A DNA stretch of 64,000 bases from Verrucomicrobiota bacterium (GCA_039815375.1 JBCBZJ010000013.1:17984-81983); one strand, 5' to 3'. Numbered from the stretch's first letter, positions 34,456-45,616 are shown. Notes: generated by a model not told the origin, from the sequence alone. Program-made: numbers and translations.

Positions 34456-35451
34456 GTGTTAGATCAAGAAACCACTAGTTTTATTAATCGTCTGCCGAAA
34501 ACGGAGACGCATTTGCACATCGAAGGCTCGCTTCCTTATGAATTGTTGCAGCGGCTGGACCCGGTGAAGTTTGCCGAGCCTCAAGCCTGTTGGGCACCCG
34601 ACTTCAAGTGGGCCTGTTTTGAGGATTTCGAAAACCACCTTCTGGAGCACGCTCTGCAATGGTTTACTTCTGCAGAAAACTACCATGAAGCCGCGAAGCT
34701 AATTTTTCAGAAACACCTTGAGCAGAACGTTCGCTATGTGGAGACATCATTCCATGCAGGTGTGATTGAGTTTCTCAAGATACCGGGGCCTGTTATTCTG
34801 GATGCGATCCGAAGTGCCGCTCCCGAGGGTCTGGAGGTTCGGGTCTTTATGGGCATGGCGCGTAATTGCTATAATGAGGTGCTTGCACCGGTCGTTGAAG
34901 ACTGCGTCAACTGGGAAGGTTTGGCTGGTATCGATCTACACGGTATCGAGTACTTGCAGCTGGAGGAGTGGACGCCGAAGCTCTGGGCCAAAGCTCGGGA
35001 TGCCGGCCTTGAGACAAAAGCGCACGCCGGTGAATTTGGGCCCTCCGGGCACGTTCGCGAGGCGATCGAGGTTCTCGGCAGCCGTCGTATTCAACACGGC
35101 ATCCGTGCGGTGGATGATCCCGAAGTACTTCAGCTCGCGATCGATGCCGATGCCACTTTCGATGTTTGTCCGATTAGCAATGTTAAGCTCGATGTGATCG
35201 ATACGATGGCGGCCCATCCGATCCGTGAATTCTTTGACCGTGGTTTACGCTGCACGGTGAGTACGGATGATCCCTTCTCATTCGGCAACACAGTCGAAGA
35301 TGAGTATCGTGCCCTTGCGGCCGATCTCGACTTCACATGCGGTGAGCTGGGTCAGATTGCGAAGAATGGCTTTGAGGTGGCTCTCGTCGATGCGGCGACC
35401 CGGGCTGAGTGGCTTGCAGAGGTGGATGCGATTCTTTCTACATCGACATGA
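34456..35451 (+). CDS. Adenosine/adenine deaminase family
   Basis: [31 protein letters not shown]. Confidence 0.92.
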   Translation: MLDQETTSFINRLPKTETHLHIEGSLPYELLQRLDPVKFAEPQACWAPDFKWACFEDFENHLLEHALQWFTSAENYHEAAKLIFQKHLEQNVRYVETSFHAGVIEFLKIPGPVILDAIRSAAPEGLEVRVFMGMARNCYNEVLAPVVEDCVNWEGLAGIDLHGIEYLQLEEWTPKLWAKARDAGLETKAHAGEFGPSGHVREAIEVLGSRRIQHGIRAVDDPEVLQLAIDADATFDVCPISNVKLDVIDTMAAHPIREFFDRGLRCTVSTDDPFSFGNTVEDEYRALAADLDFTCGELGQIAKNGFEVALVDAATRAEWLAEVDAILSTST

Positions 35452-35481
35452 AAAAACCCTTCCGACTATGGAAGGGTTTTT
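35452..35481. terminator. Bidirectional intrinsic terminator
   Basis: AAAAACCCTTCC-GACTAT-GGAAGGGTTTTT between convergent genes. Confidence 0.85.
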
Positions 35482-35505
35482 GAAAAATTAATATGACCGT
35501 GCGGC

Positions 35506-35664
35506 TTATTCTTCCGGCTTGGTCTTCTTTAGACCAACGACACGGTTGCCTTCTGCCCACTCTCCACGCTTACGGAGAAGGTCAATACGCTCGAAGCGTT
35601 TGAGGACTGTGCGGTTTTTTTTGCCACCGCCACCGGAGGCCTTGAAACTATTGTGTTGGGACAT
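35506..35664 (-). CDS. PVC-superphylum small basic (signature) protein, 52 aa
   Basis: Hand translation MSQHNSFKASGGGGKKNRTVLKRFERIDLLRKRGEWAEGNRVVGLKKTKPEE*; AAGGAG RBS; below the ORF-track cut-off. Confidence 0.88.
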   Translation of the reverse strand: MSQHNSFKASGGGGKKNRTVLKRFERIDLLRKRGEWAEGNRVVGLKKTKPEE

Positions 35665-35797
35665 GCTGTGACTCCTTGTTAAAAGTGAAAGCGGGGGAAT
35701 AAATGGGGCATATTCGTAAAGATCAAGGGTTATTTCGGGCTATTGATCCACATTTCGCAGGCTTTACAGGCTTCGGTAGAGCGGGCAATCAAGAGGG

Positions 35798-36184
35798 ATG
35801 ACATACCTCTTTGTAGCCTTAGGATGTGCGCTTGGCGGGATTTGTCGCTACTGGAGCGCTATGTTGATGGAGCGTTGGCTGGGCGACGCTTTTCCCTGGG
35901 GCACGCTATTGGTCAATATCGTTGGTAGCTTTCTTTTAGGGGCTACTCTGGGCGCTGGTATCAGTTTCGCTGAGGGTGTTCTGAATTTTCAAAGATTACA
36001 TGCTTTTTTGGTTTTTGGCTTCTGTGGTGGTCTGACGACGTTCTCAACTTTCAGCCTGCAGAATTTGAGCCTACTCTCACGGCACGCGATTCTCCCGCTC
36101 GCTCTGAATATTTGCTTAAGCGTCGGGTTATGCCTGATTGCGGGGGCCGGAGGCTATTCCCTGATGGAAAGGTGGACCGCTTGA
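35798..36184 (+). CDS. crcB: Fluoride channel Fluc/CrcB, subunit 1
   Basis: G.ALGGICRY, FPWGTLLVNIVGSF, GFCGGLTTFSTF. Confidence 0.92.
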   Translation: MTYLFVALGCALGGICRYWSAMLMERWLGDAFPWGTLLVNIVGSFLLGATLGAGISFAEGVLNFQRLHAFLVFGFCGGLTTFSTFSLQNLSLLSRHAILPLALNICLSVGLCLIAGAGGYSLMERWTA

Positions 36185-36579
36185 TACAACTGCTTTGGAT
36201 TGCTCTCGGTAGTGCCCTTGGTGGCACGCTACGCTTTGTGCTCGATCAGCTCGTTCCGGTTATGGGCGGTTTTCCGGTAGCCACTTTCGCGGTGAATCTG
36301 AGTGGTTCACTTCTCATCGGCTATCTCGCCGGCCTTTGGACCCGCGGGAAAGCCGCTGCACCGCACCCGTATAAGTGGCATTTTTGGATTACCGGAATCT
36401 GCGGCGGCTACACTACTTTTTCGGCCTTCAGTTGGCAGGTGCTTGAGCTCATCAATCTAGGAGAAGCTCAAGTAGCCGCGGTATACGCTGCCGGCAGTAT
36501 CATCTCAGGCCTTTGTGCCGTTGCTATCGGGCTGAGTCTTGCGAGAATGGGTATTAAAGAAAAATCTCATGAATCCTGA
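36181..36579 (+). CDS. crcB: Fluoride channel Fluc/CrcB, subunit 2
   Basis: [38 protein letters not shown] start overlapping previous stop. Confidence 0.9.
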   Translation: MIQLLWIALGSALGGTLRFVLDQLVPVMGGFPVATFAVNLSGSLLIGYLAGLWTRGKAAAPHPYKWHFWITGICGGYTTFSAFSWQVLELINLGEAQVAAVYAAGSIISGLCAVAIGLSLARMGIKEKSHES

Positions 36580-37474
36580 TGCGCCCATAAGTTATTATAA
36601 CCCCAGCAGTGAAAAGATCGAAGTGGAGGCAGTCTACGGTGAGAACTTTCTACGCTGGGCCTATGGTAACACGGTCGGTCTGTTTACAGTTGAGCTGGCC
36701 GTCAAGCGGGCATGGTTCTCTCGTTGGTATGGCTGGAAAATGAGCCAGCGATCGAGTTGCGAGAAGATTGCACCTTTCGTTGAAGACTACGGCTTGGATA
36801 GCGCCGAGTTTGCAAGCCCGGTTGAGAGCTTTCAGAGCTTCAACGCGTTTTTTTATCGAAAACTCAAGCCGGAGGCTCGGCCGATCGACTTGGATCCAGC
36901 CACTGCGGTTTTCCCTGCCGATGGGCGCCATCTGGCAATTCCTGAGATTGATGTGGCCCGCATCTTTTACATCAAAGGCCAGCGCTTCGATTTGAGTTCC
37001 TTCCTGGCAGACGACAAGTTAGCCAGTCAATTTGCCGGCGGTTCGATGCTCATCTCGCGCCTCTGTCCAGTCGACTACCACCGCTATCATTTTCCCGTCT
37101 TCGGAGTCGCGGAATCACCGACCTTGATCAATGGTCCGCTCTATTCGGTCAATCCGCTTGCTCTGCGGCGCAATCTTTCAATTTTCTGGCAGAATAAGCG
37201 CATGCGAACAGTCATTGAATCACCCGAGTTCGGTAAAGTCGTGATGATGGAAATCGGTGCGACTTGCGTTGGCTCAATATATTCCACTTACCAGCCCGGA
37301 GTGGTTCAAAAGGGAGAGGAGAAAGGTTATTTCGCCTTTGGCGGCTCCTGTGTGGTCACATTGTTTCAGGCAGGCTCTCTTCGATTCAATGGGTTGCTTC
37401 TGGAGCATTCAGCTCAAGCGCGTGAAGTGTATTCACGAATGGGTGAGTCCGCTGGGGTTGCTACTTCGCAATGA
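36569..37474 (+). CDS. psd: Phosphatidylserine decarboxylase
   Basis: [42 protein letters not shown] cleavage motif. Confidence 0.92.
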   Translation: MNPDAPISYYNPSSEKIEVEAVYGENFLRWAYGNTVGLFTVELAVKRAWFSRWYGWKMSQRSSCEKIAPFVEDYGLDSAEFASPVESFQSFNAFFYRKLKPEARPIDLDPATAVFPADGRHLAIPEIDVARIFYIKGQRFDLSSFLADDKLASQFAGGSMLISRLCPVDYHRYHFPVFGVAESPTLINGPLYSVNPLALRRNLSIFWQNKRMRTVIESPEFGKVVMMEIGATCVGSIYSTYQPGVVQKGEEKGYFAFGGSCVVTLFQAGSLRFNGLLLEHSAQAREVYSRMGESAGVATSQ

Positions 37475-38333
37475 TACCGGCGCGTGCTGCGGCAAAGAGG
37501 TATTGCTGGGCGAGGCCGGCGGAAGTGCCGAAGTGAGCGTGGGCGAATTCGAGAAGCTGCCCGGTTTTCCAATCGTTCAGACCGTAGGCACGGCTGAGAA
37601 TTTTCTGCACCCATGTGTCGATGGGGAAGGCCTCGAGGCGAGCGGCACCGAACAGCAGCACGCAGTCGGCGATCTTCCGACCGACTCCCGGCAGCTGCAT
37701 GAGCAAATCGCGGGCATCTTCTGTCGAAGAGGCCTCGATCTTTTCCAGATAGTTGGGGTGATCTGCCAAAAATAGTGCGGTCTGATGAATGTATTTGGCG
37801 CGATAGCCTAGCTTTGCTGCCCGCAAGCGCGTTTCGCCAACTTCGGCGATTCGCCGCCACGAAGGCAGGGCCTTTGAGCCATCAGCCAGTGTTTCACCGA
37901 GATCGTCAGCAATGGCTTCGCAAATCGCCTTGATTTGAGGGATCTGTTTGGTCGAGCTGCAGAGGAAACAAAAGAGTGTCTCGTCGAGTGGTTGACGAAG
38001 AATACGCAGGCCCGGGAAGGCTTCGATGGCTGTTTTGAGGATGGGATCGCTCCGCCAGGGCAGGGCGTCTGTAAGTGCTTCGAAGTCGGACTCAGTCGCG
38101 AGGTAGTGGTTAAGAGCTTCTACTGCTTGCGCCGATTCGATTTCCTTGGGCGCGGCAAACTCGATAGAGCTTTTATTAATTCGCAGTCGAAGAACGTTCC
38201 CGCCCCATCGACCTTCGAAGAAATCGGTCTTTTCGTTCCAGCGGAAGGTCTGCCCGCCATCGAGTATCTCAGCCAGCGTGCGTTTGTTGAACTTTGGCCC
38301 ATCCGGCCATGTCTGCCATTGTGTAAAGGCCAA
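37461..38333 (-). CDS. 8-oxoguanine DNA glycosylase (HhH-GPD family)
   Basis: [43 protein letters not shown]. Confidence 0.9.
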   Translation of the reverse strand: MAFTQWQTWPDGPKFNKRTLAEILDGGQTFRWNEKTDFFEGRWGGNVLRLRINKSSIEFAAPKEIESAQAVEALNHYLATESDFEALTDALPWRSDPILKTAIEAFPGLRILRQPLDETLFCFLCSSTKQIPQIKAICEAIADDLGETLADGSKALPSWRRIAEVGETRLRAAKLGYRAKYIHQTALFLADHPNYLEKIEASSTEDARDLLMQLPGVGRKIADCVLLFGAARLEAFPIDTWVQKILSRAYGLNDWKTGQLLEFAHAHFGTSAGLAQQYLFAAARAGIIAK

Positions 38334-38336
38334 GGC

Positions 38337-38819
38337 CTACATGCTCCAGAGATAGCTTTGTTCTTCAGCCAGGATGTTTTCGTTGGCGTCCTTGATCGTG
38401 AATCGCCAAGCCGAGGCTGCACCGCCGTCCTTCGGCCAGTCTGCTCCGGTTAGGCCGACAAAGACTTCCTTTGTTCTTGGGCGCTTGCTGGGCAGGGTGA
38501 ACTCATAGGTCCGAGCATCGGGCGAGAAAGGTGTGTAGAACTCGCCGACAATGACTGTGCCTCGGGGAAGTTTGCGAACTTTCTTGTCGAGAACCAAAGT
38601 GAAGTAGTAACCGTCGCGGACTTGCGGATCGGTGCGAATGACAAGGCGTTTCCCAAGCTTTTCGGTGCCATTCCAATATTCGCTGATGCGCATGAATTGC
38701 TCTTCCTCCATGTAGCGAGGCTTGATCTGCTTTATATCAACGGAGCTGACCGACTCTTTCGGTGATGAAGCACAGCCGAAGAGCGTGAGGCTGAGGAGGG
38801 CAAAGAGAAACGTGCGCAT
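38337..38819 (-). CDS. Hypothetical lipoprotein
   Basis: Lipobox LFGC after hydrophobic stretch. Confidence 0.75.
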   Translation of the reverse strand: MRTFLFALLSLTLFGCASSPKESVSSVDIKQIKPRYMEEEQFMRISEYWNGTEKLGKRLVIRTDPQVRDGYYFTLVLDKKVRKLPRGTVIVGEFYTPFSPDARTYEFTLPSKRPRTKEVFVGLTGADWPKDGGAASAWRFTIKDANENILAEEQSYLWSM

Positions 38820-38863
38820 GTTGCTAGATTCGGGAGCCAGCCGACCTTGTCAATAGTCGTGGG

Positions 38864-39418
38864 CTAGGCGTATTGCTTCACCAGTTCGGTGTATGCCCGA
38901 AAAGTCGGATGATCGGCACTGCCCAGAATGCTATAGAAAATGGTTTCCGATGGCAGTATATGGGCGTCCATAGCGAGCAGCTGCTTGAAAACAGGCTCTC
39001 GGTCCTGCACCCGGCGCTGGCTTACGCAATCGCTAAGTAGAGTGACTCCCATGTCGTCGCCGAGGGCCTGAACTGCGGTCTGATAAATACAGATCGGCAC
39101 TTCGATACCGATAAGAAGCAGGTGATCGATTTGATTGGCCTCTATCCATCGACTCAGCCCATCGGCCTCCATAGCTGAGAATGCGTTTTTAGAAAAAACA
39201 GGTGTGTCGTCTGTCCAGAGTTCTGTCAGGGCCTGGGTCGTTCCGCCGAGCTTTTCGGGAAACTGCTCCGTGGCTGCAATGGAAACTCCCAGTGACTCAG
39301 CGGCCTCAATCGCGAAGCCGCAACGCTGAAGAAGCGCTTCCCGGTCGGGTATGACTTTGAGAAAGTTCTCCTGCATGTCGACACAGAGTAGACCGAGGTG
39401 TTCGATTGGATTGCTCAT
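38864..39418 (-). CDS. Isochorismatase-family hydrolase
   Basis: VDMQE, TEQFPEKLGGT, K..FSA, GIE..IC.YQT. Confidence 0.9.
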   Translation of the reverse strand: MSNPIEHLGLLCVDMQENFLKVIPDREALLQRCGFAIEAAESLGVSIAATEQFPEKLGGTTQALTELWTDDTPVFSKNAFSAMEADGLSRWIEANQIDHLLLIGIEVPICIYQTAVQALGDDMGVTLLSDCVSQRRVQDREPVFKQLLAMDAHILPSETIFYSILGSADHPTFRAYTELVKQYA

Positions 39419-39433
39419 GGGATTGAAAAAGGG

Positions 39434-40114
39434 TCAAACTGGATTAGGAAGACGTTTGCTGTGGGCGTAGGCTTTTTTAGCCCGGACTTGGACGAGGCTT
39501 TGATCGTCGGTTATGTAAGCAGTGAGATGTCCTCCGTAGACGCAACCTGTATCAATGCCAATGGATCCGGGGTGTTTGAGGACGGACGGTCGGGGGGTGT
39601 GGCCGTAGATTACGAAGGGTTTTCCGGGCCAAACGTCTGCCCAGGACGGAGCGTCCGGCGCATCAGAACGTTTGGCGGAAGAGCCGTCTCTATCGATTAC
39701 CTGTATGGTGGTAATGATGTCGATATCCTGTTTTTGCCAGGGTTGGTCTGGTAGGAAGCCACCGTGAACCATGACGGTATCGCTGGTATTGCCGTATTTG
39801 AACTTCGACAGGCTGCCCAGATAGTCCCAGTCCTCATCACTGAGCTGGGCCATGGTTGCATAATCATAGTCCTTAACCAGGTCGAGCCGGCCTTCGCGTT
39901 TTATCCGCAGCAGCCTCAGTTCATGGTTACCAAGGATCGCCTCGACCTTGTATTCGCGGGCGAGGCGAATCACGCGTTGGCTTTCGGGCCCTCGATTCAC
40001 GAGGTCGCCGAGCTGCACAACCCGGTCTTTCGGCTTGAGCTTTAAAGCCTTGAGGAGCTCTTCAAACTCATCCGCGCAGCCGTGGACATCTCCGATGGCA
40101 ATGGTTCTGGACAT
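39434..40114 (-). CDS. Metallophosphoesterase (ApaH/PrpE-like)
   Basis: IGDVHG, GDLVNRGP, GNHE, VHGG, YGHTP, IDTGCVYGG. Confidence 0.92.
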   Translation of the reverse strand: MSRTIAIGDVHGCADEFEELLKALKLKPKDRVVQLGDLVNRGPESQRVIRLAREYKVEAILGNHELRLLRIKREGRLDLVKDYDYATMAQLSDEDWDYLGSLSKFKYGNTSDTVMVHGGFLPDQPWQKQDIDIITTIQVIDRDGSSAKRSDAPDAPSWADVWPGKPFVIYGHTPRPSVLKHPGSIGIDTGCVYGGHLTAYITDDQSLVQVRAKKAYAHSKRLPNPV

Positions 40115-40280
40115 TTACAATAGGTTAGCACTGTGAGGAGTGACCGAGGTTTGTTCCGTCTTCTTTGGCTGCAAGTTTTTTTGAGCCTTTGGGGCATTAT
40201 TTCAGTGGAGGTGCATCGACCGACTGGTTTTAGTTGCAACATGATAGTCGCATCTCAGTCTCAAGTGACGGTAATATCTC

Positions 40281-40778
40281 ATGGATTGGCAGATCAAAAC
40301 CCTCTCTCGTAAGTCCTCGCATTCGGGCAATGCATTTCAGCCCGGTGACAAGGCGGTATCGCTTGTTTATGTCGACGATGCGGCCGGCGAGCTCGGACGG
40401 GCCGATTTGCTGGCATCGGAATTAGAAGAATACGAACTTCCCGGTCCGATCCTGGGACGCTGGACCCGTGTGATGAAGGATCCGGATGACGAGTCTGCAG
40501 GCGCGAGTGATACTCTGGCCTCAGCAGAGGATTTCTTCTTTTCCCTTTTTGAGAACGAAGCGACTCAACCAAACGAGGAATCAGAGATAATAAAGCATCT
40601 ACTTGCGCTCTTTTTGGAGAGGAAACGGGTTTTACGTGCCATCGCTCCAAGACAAACCATTGGCTCTCAGCGTTACCTTCATGTAAAAACCAAACAGGAG
40701 ATCAATGTTACGGTTTCTGAAATCTCGCGTGATTTGATGCTTAAGATCGAAGACACCCTCGGCGATATCATGTTTTAA
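40281..40778 (+). CDS. Hypothetical protein
   Basis: 165-aa ORF heading a co-directional three-gene run; LAL.LERKRVLR motif; no family recognised. Confidence 0.7.
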   Translation: MDWQIKTLSRKSSHSGNAFQPGDKAVSLVYVDDAAGELGRADLLASELEEYELPGPILGRWTRVMKDPDDESAGASDTLASAEDFFFSLFENEATQPNEESEIIKHLLALFLERKRVLRAIAPRQTIGSQRYLHVKTKQEINVTVSEISRDLMLKIEDTLGDIMF

Positions 40779-40787
40779 TCGGTAGCT

Positions 40788-41279
40788 ATGAAGAACGGAA
40801 TTTTTTTGACCATTCTGGCGCTAGTTCTCCTTTCGGGTTGCAGGAAGGATGATGTAGATTTGGACAATCTGAAGGTGCCGCGGCTGATGATCGAGTCGAG
40901 GGGGGTGAATTACGGTAACCTCAGTGGCGATATCGTGGGACTGCCCGTCAGTGGAACGCGTATTACTCTTCAGAAGGAGCCTTTGGTTAACGAGTTCGAC
41001 ATTATGAATGTCGAGTTGGTTAAGGTCGAGATGGGTCTGGCTCTTTTAATACAGATGAATGATAAGGGCTCCAGAGCACTCTATCGCGGCACAGTTACAA
41101 ATATGGGCGGACGTATCGTCCTCACGGTCAATGGAAACCCGATCGGGGCCAGACGTATCGACGGAGCGATTCAGGATGGTAATCTCTATACCTTTGTAGA
41201 GATTGATGATGATGAGATTGGTCAGCTTGTGCTTGATTTGAAAGACAGCATTGAAAAGTTGAAGCTGATAGACGAGTAG
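40788..41279 (+). CDS. Lipoprotein with SecDF P1-head-like domain
   Basis: Lipobox LSGC; pattern G.R.LY..T..N.G.RIV..VNG..I.A..I...I.DG. Confidence 0.7.
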   Translation: MKNGIFLTILALVLLSGCRKDDVDLDNLKVPRLMIESRGVNYGNLSGDIVGLPVSGTRITLQKEPLVNEFDIMNVELVKVEMGLALLIQMNDKGSRALYRGTVTNMGGRIVLTVNGNPIGARRIDGAIQDGNLYTFVEIDDDEIGQLVLDLKDSIEKLKLIDE

Positions 41280-41287
41280 CCTCGATC

Positions 41288-42304
41288 ATGCCTGTGCGTA
41301 TCACCACGCTTTTGTTTGGCATCATGCTTCCGCTTTGCGCGATTGCTGCCACTGCCGGCTTAACCTGGCCGACTCCGAATCCAGCCTTCCAAAAAGGAGA
41401 GCGACTAGAAGCATTTGTTCAGTCGACCGTTTCCGGCAGGGTCGAATCAGGTCTTTTCGGTTGTGTTCGGAATGGTGGGGCGAAATTTCATGAAGGACTT
41501 GATCTCTTTCCCATTAAACGTGATGCACGCGGTGAGGCGGCGGACCCGGTTTATGCTATTCTACCGGGTCGGGTGGTTCATGTCAGTCGAACTTCAGGGC
41601 ATAGCAGTTATGGACGCTATTTGATCATTGAACATGAGGGCGAGTCGCCGGCTTTTCATTCGCTCTATGCGCACATGGCATCAATCGATCCATTGATTCA
41701 GGTTGGCCGTCTTGTTGATTCCGGCAGTATAGTTGGCGTCATGGGCAGATCGGCATCCGGCTATTCGATTCCGCGCTCACGGGCACACCTGCATCTGGAA
41801 ATTGGGTTTCGGCTGAGTGATGATTTTCAGGCGTGGTATGACAGGCAGAAGTTTAAGAGTAAAAATCGGCATGGGAATTGGAATGGCATGAACCTGATGA
41901 GTGTTGATCCGCTGGGGTTTTATCAGGCAATGCGGGCTGGTGAAGTTCGCAGCTTTCAGGAGTATTTGAAGGGGTTGCCCGTTGCTGCCAGAATTCGTGT
42001 GTTTAGCGCTAAAGTGCCGGATTTTGTGCGTAACTTTCCTGCTTTGACGACTCGGTCTCACGATGCGGGACAGTTGGTTGGTTGGGATATCGCCTTCACT
42101 CAGTTTGGCGTGCCTAAAGAGTGGACCCCGCGGTTCGCCGATGAAGGCCTCAAGGGCAAAGCAGGCGAAGTCCGCTTGCTGACCTATAGCCCGGATCTTT
42201 TGGCGGATCAGAGCTGTAGGCGTGTTGTGAATCTTGGAGGTCGTATACCGTCGATTACGCCGGGAACTGTTACGATTCTGAAAAAGCTCTTTGGGTTCAG
42301 ATGA
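41288..42304 (+). CDS. M23 family metallopeptidase
   Basis: HEGLD, YGRY..IEH, SLYAHM, HLHLE; signal peptide. Confidence 0.9.
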   Translation: MPVRITTLLFGIMLPLCAIAATAGLTWPTPNPAFQKGERLEAFVQSTVSGRVESGLFGCVRNGGAKFHEGLDLFPIKRDARGEAADPVYAILPGRVVHVSRTSGHSSYGRYLIIEHEGESPAFHSLYAHMASIDPLIQVGRLVDSGSIVGVMGRSASGYSIPRSRAHLHLEIGFRLSDDFQAWYDRQKFKSKNRHGNWNGMNLMSVDPLGFYQAMRAGEVRSFQEYLKGLPVAARIRVFSAKVPDFVRNFPALTTRSHDAGQLVGWDIAFTQFGVPKEWTPRFADEGLKGKAGEVRLLTYSPDLLADQSCRRVVNLGGRIPSITPGTVTILKKLFGFR

Positions 42305-42310
42305 CTTCCT

Positions 42311-43009
42311 TTAGAGCGCGTAGTCTTCTTTTGCGATGCAGACTACGAATTCTCCTTTCTGGCTGCCTTTGGCGACTTGGTTCAGCACCTCGGCAGCCTG
42401 CCCGGAGTAGACGGTTTCGTGCAGCTTCGTCAGTTCGCGTGATACGCTGATACTTCGATCTGGTCCGAGTGTGTGGACAAGGTCGTCGAGGAACTTTCCG
42501 ATCCGGTGGCAGGATTCATAGAGCACAATGCTGTATTCGAAATTCTGATACTTCTCAAAGAAGCGTATCCGCGCAGCACTTTTGGGAGGCAAGAATCCGG
42601 CAAAGAGAAAGCCATCGGTCGGTAGACCGGAAATCGCAATTGCAGTTGCCGCTGCGGTTGCTCCTGGCATGCAGCTCACCCGTAGATTCCGGCGTTTGCA
42701 TTCGCGCACCAGGCGAAAGCCCGGATCACTTATGGCTGGCATTCCGGCGTCGGAGACCAGAGCAATGGATTCGCCTGAGGCAATCCGGTCGGCTAGCTCT
42801 GGTGCCATGCGCTTCTCATTTTCCTCTCGATAGGAGATGAGGGCTGCAGTTTTTTCGACTCCGAGCTTACTCAGCAGTTTTCCAGTCAAACGAGTATCTT
42901 CACAGGCGATAGAATGTGCGTTCCTGAGTGCTTCAAGTGCTCTGGGAGTGTGGTCGCCAAGGTTACCGATCGGTGTAGCGACGAGAATTAGAAACCCATG
43001 GGTTGTCAT
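42311..43009 (-). CDS. rsmI: 16S rRNA C1402 2'-O-methyltransferase
   Basis: VATPIGNLGD, CEDTR, SDAGMPAISDPG, RELTKLHE. Confidence 0.95.
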   Translation of the reverse strand: MTTHGFLILVATPIGNLGDHTPRALEALRNAHSIACEDTRLTGKLLSKLGVEKTAALISYREENEKRMAPELADRIASGESIALVSDAGMPAISDPGFRLVRECKRRNLRVSCMPGATAAATAIAISGLPTDGFLFAGFLPPKSAARIRFFEKYQNFEYSIVLYESCHRIGKFLDDLVHTLGPDRSISVSRELTKLHETVYSGQAAEVLNQVAKGSQKGEFVVCIAKEDYAL

Positions 43010-43159
43010 AACTTATTCACCGATAAGGGACATATTTTTCTGGTGATTGTTTGATAGATGTTTTTATCTCCTTAAGACGATGGAAGTAGTTCATCTGAAC
43101 TAAGCCCGGCCATTGAAGTACTCTCATACCCTCGCACCTATTCAGCCTGTTGCCAAGCT

Positions 43160-45193
43160 ATGTCTGATTCTGAAAAGACGATTGCCGACTTAAAGATTAG
43201 GCTGGCCGCAAGGGAGGCCGAGTTGCGGCTTCTCAGATCTCAATTTGAAGAACTTGAGCAAAATGTCGGTTCGACCACTTCCGTGGAGTCGGATCTGATG
43301 CATGAAATTCAATTTGACGGGGCCAAACTCGCATCCGTCGGTGCCTGGAATCACAATTTGGAGACCGATCGAATCCATTGGACTGAAGAGGTTTTTAAAA
43401 TCCATGCGATCGAGCCGGGCTCGGTTCCACCCCATGAGGAGTGTCTAGCGTTCTATTCGAAGAAAGATCGGGCCCGGGTTGCGGCGGCAGTAAAAAAGCT
43501 GGCAGAGGAATCAGAACCTTATGACATGGAGTGTGACTTCATTGATGCTAAGGGCGCGCATCGGTTTGTTCATATAAAAGGGCAGGTCCACAGTAGCAAA
43601 GATGGCAAACCAACCGCCCTTTCAGGTATAATCCAAGACATTACAAATCAATATGTCATGAAGCGCGGGATGGAAGCATTCTTCACGCTGACACCTGATT
43701 TAATTGGTGCGATCGACTATGATTCCCGCCCGGTTACGTTGAGTCCTTCTTGGCAGAGTTTGCTTGGATGGACTCAGCATGAAATGATTCACATGGGCGT
43801 AGACTGCGTGGTTCATGAGAAAGACAGACAGCCGATGGGAGTGGTGTTCAAACGCGCGATCGCTTCAGGTAAAATTGAGTCTCTCGAAAACCGTGTCGTC
43901 TCAAAGGAAGGAGAAGAGTATTGGTATTCATGGCGTCTTTTTGCCGATCCGTCGACCGAGCTGGTTTTTATTGCTGCGCGCGATCTCACTCGACAGAAAA
44001 ATACAGAGAAAGCACTGAAAGATGCAAAGATTCAGTCGGAGGCGGCGAATCAGGCTAAGTCCGACTTTCTTGCCATCATGAGTCATGAACTGCGCACGCC
44101 ACTGAATCCGATCCTGGGCTTTGCAGATCTGTTATTGTCGGAGCTGGAAGACCCCGAGCATCTGGAGATCCTGGACGCAATCAGCTGTGCGGGACAATGT
44201 TTGACCACTGTGATCGGTGACGTGCTTGATTTCGCTAAGATTGAATCGGGCAATGTTCAGCTCTCTGAGGATACCTTCGATCTCCAAGTAATACTCGAAA
44301 AGAGTCTGAGGTTAATGGAAGGGCAGATAAAAGTTAAGCCGGTCAAGCTTTCGATGAATTTCGAAAAGTCAGCGGATATTCCTGACGACTGTCGCTTTAT
44401 CGGGGACTCCGATAAGATTTCACAGGTTCTTTTCAATCTGCTTGATAACGCGATAAAGTTTACTGAGAAGGGTTCGGTGGTGCTTGACAGTTCTCTTGTA
44501 ACGACGGGCGACGGTCGGGTGCTCTGCCATGTCGAGGTGCGCGACACCGGCATTGGTATCGCGGAGAGCTCACAAGAGACGATCTTTCAACCTTTCATCA
44601 TGGGTGATAGTTCTTCGACCCGACGCTATGGCGGGACAGGCTTGGGCTTGGCGATTAGCAAAAAGCTGGTCGAACTGATGGGCGGAACGATTAGCGCTAA
44701 AAGTGTGCTCAACAAGGGCACCTGCATGTCTTTCACGCTGCCTTTGAAATTGGAGAGGCTGGCTTCTCAGATACCGAAGTTGAGTGAAGGTGTTTCCGAG
44801 ATTTTCATTGAAGGTAAGCATCACGTTTTGTTGGTGGAGGATAATGCCACTAATATTTTTTATATTCGTAGACTGATGGAGCGCATGGGTTGCGAGGTCA
44901 CGAGTGTAGCAAGTGGAGAAGAAGCTATGGCCGAGTATAAGCCCGGTCTGTATGATCTGTTACTGTTGGATATTCACATGCCGGGAATGAGCGGTGTAGA
45001 TGTGTTGCGGGACATACGAGAGGATGAAGCTCAATATGGATTCACCAAGTTACCGATTGTGATGCTTACTGCCGACGTTCTTCCTGCAACGCGCCAGCAA
45101 TGCATGAAGTATGGTGCCGACGGTTTTCTGATCAAGCCGGTCCGGGCGCAGGAGTTGTTCGATGCGGTCAGTCTAGTGCTTGAGAGCAATTGA
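43160..45193 (+). CDS. Cytoplasmic PAS-PAS hybrid histidine kinase/response regulator
   Basis: FLAIMSHELRTPLN, NLLDNAIKFT, DTGIGI, GGTGLGL, receiver LLVEDN...LDIHMP...KP. Confidence 0.93.
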   Translation: MSDSEKTIADLKIRLAAREAELRLLRSQFEELEQNVGSTTSVESDLMHEIQFDGAKLASVGAWNHNLETDRIHWTEEVFKIHAIEPGSVPPHEECLAFYSKKDRARVAAAVKKLAEESEPYDMECDFIDAKGAHRFVHIKGQVHSSKDGKPTALSGIIQDITNQYVMKRGMEAFFTLTPDLIGAIDYDSRPVTLSPSWQSLLGWTQHEMIHMGVDCVVHEKDRQPMGVVFKRAIASGKIESLENRVVSKEGEEYWYSWRLFADPSTELVFIAARDLTRQKNTEKALKDAKIQSEAANQAKSDFLAIMSHELRTPLNPILGFADLLLSELEDPEHLEILDAISCAGQCLTTVIGDVLDFAKIESGNVQLSEDTFDLQVILEKSLRLMEGQIKVKPVKLSMNFEKSADIPDDCRFIGDSDKISQVLFNLLDNAIKFTEKGSVVLDSSLVTTGDGRVLCHVEVRDTGIGIAESSQETIFQPFIMGDSSSTRRYGGTGLGLAISKKLVELMGGTISAKSVLNKGTCMSFTLPLKLERLASQIPKLSEGVSEIFIEGKHHVLLVEDNATNIFYIRRLMERMGCEVTSVASGEEAMAEYKPGLYDLLLLDIHMPGMSGVDVLRDIREDEAQYGFTKLPIVMLTADVLPATRQQCMKYGADGFLIKPVRAQELFDAVSLVLESN

Positions 45194-45241
45194 TGCGCAA
45201 GCGTGGTTGTCTTTTGCTGTTCGGCTATCAATCTTCACCGC

Positions 45242-45616
45242 ATGGAAATTGAGACCTTCCCTAATCCGAGCCCTAAACGAAATTTTACGATTCAGCATAT
45301 TCAGGAGGAATTTACTTCTACCTGCCCGATGACGGGGCATCCAGACTATGCGACTGTTGTTTTCAGCTACGCGCCGGATGAGATCTGTATCGAGTTAAAG
45401 TCGATGAAGCTCTACCTTCATAGCTTCCGCAACAAGGGTATTTTCTTCGAGGCTGCAACGAACAAAATTTTTGACGATCTCTACGCGGCAATTCAGCCGC
45501 GCTGGGCGCGACTCGAAACGATCTGGCGTGGCCGCGGGGGTATTCGCTCCAATGTGGTGGTCGAAAGTCAGCAGGAAGGTTATTCGGGTCCGGTAACGGA
45601 GCCCTTCGGCGGCTAG
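45242..45616 (+). CDS. queF: PreQ1 synthase (7-cyano-7-deazaguanine reductase)
   Basis: EFTSTCPMTGHPDYA, ELKSMKLY, RGGI. Confidence 0.92.
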   Translation: MEIETFPNPSPKRNFTIQHIQEEFTSTCPMTGHPDYATVVFSYAPDEICIELKSMKLYLHSFRNKGIFFEAATNKIFDDLYAAIQPRWARLETIWRGRGGIRSNVVVESQQEGYSGPVTEPFGG

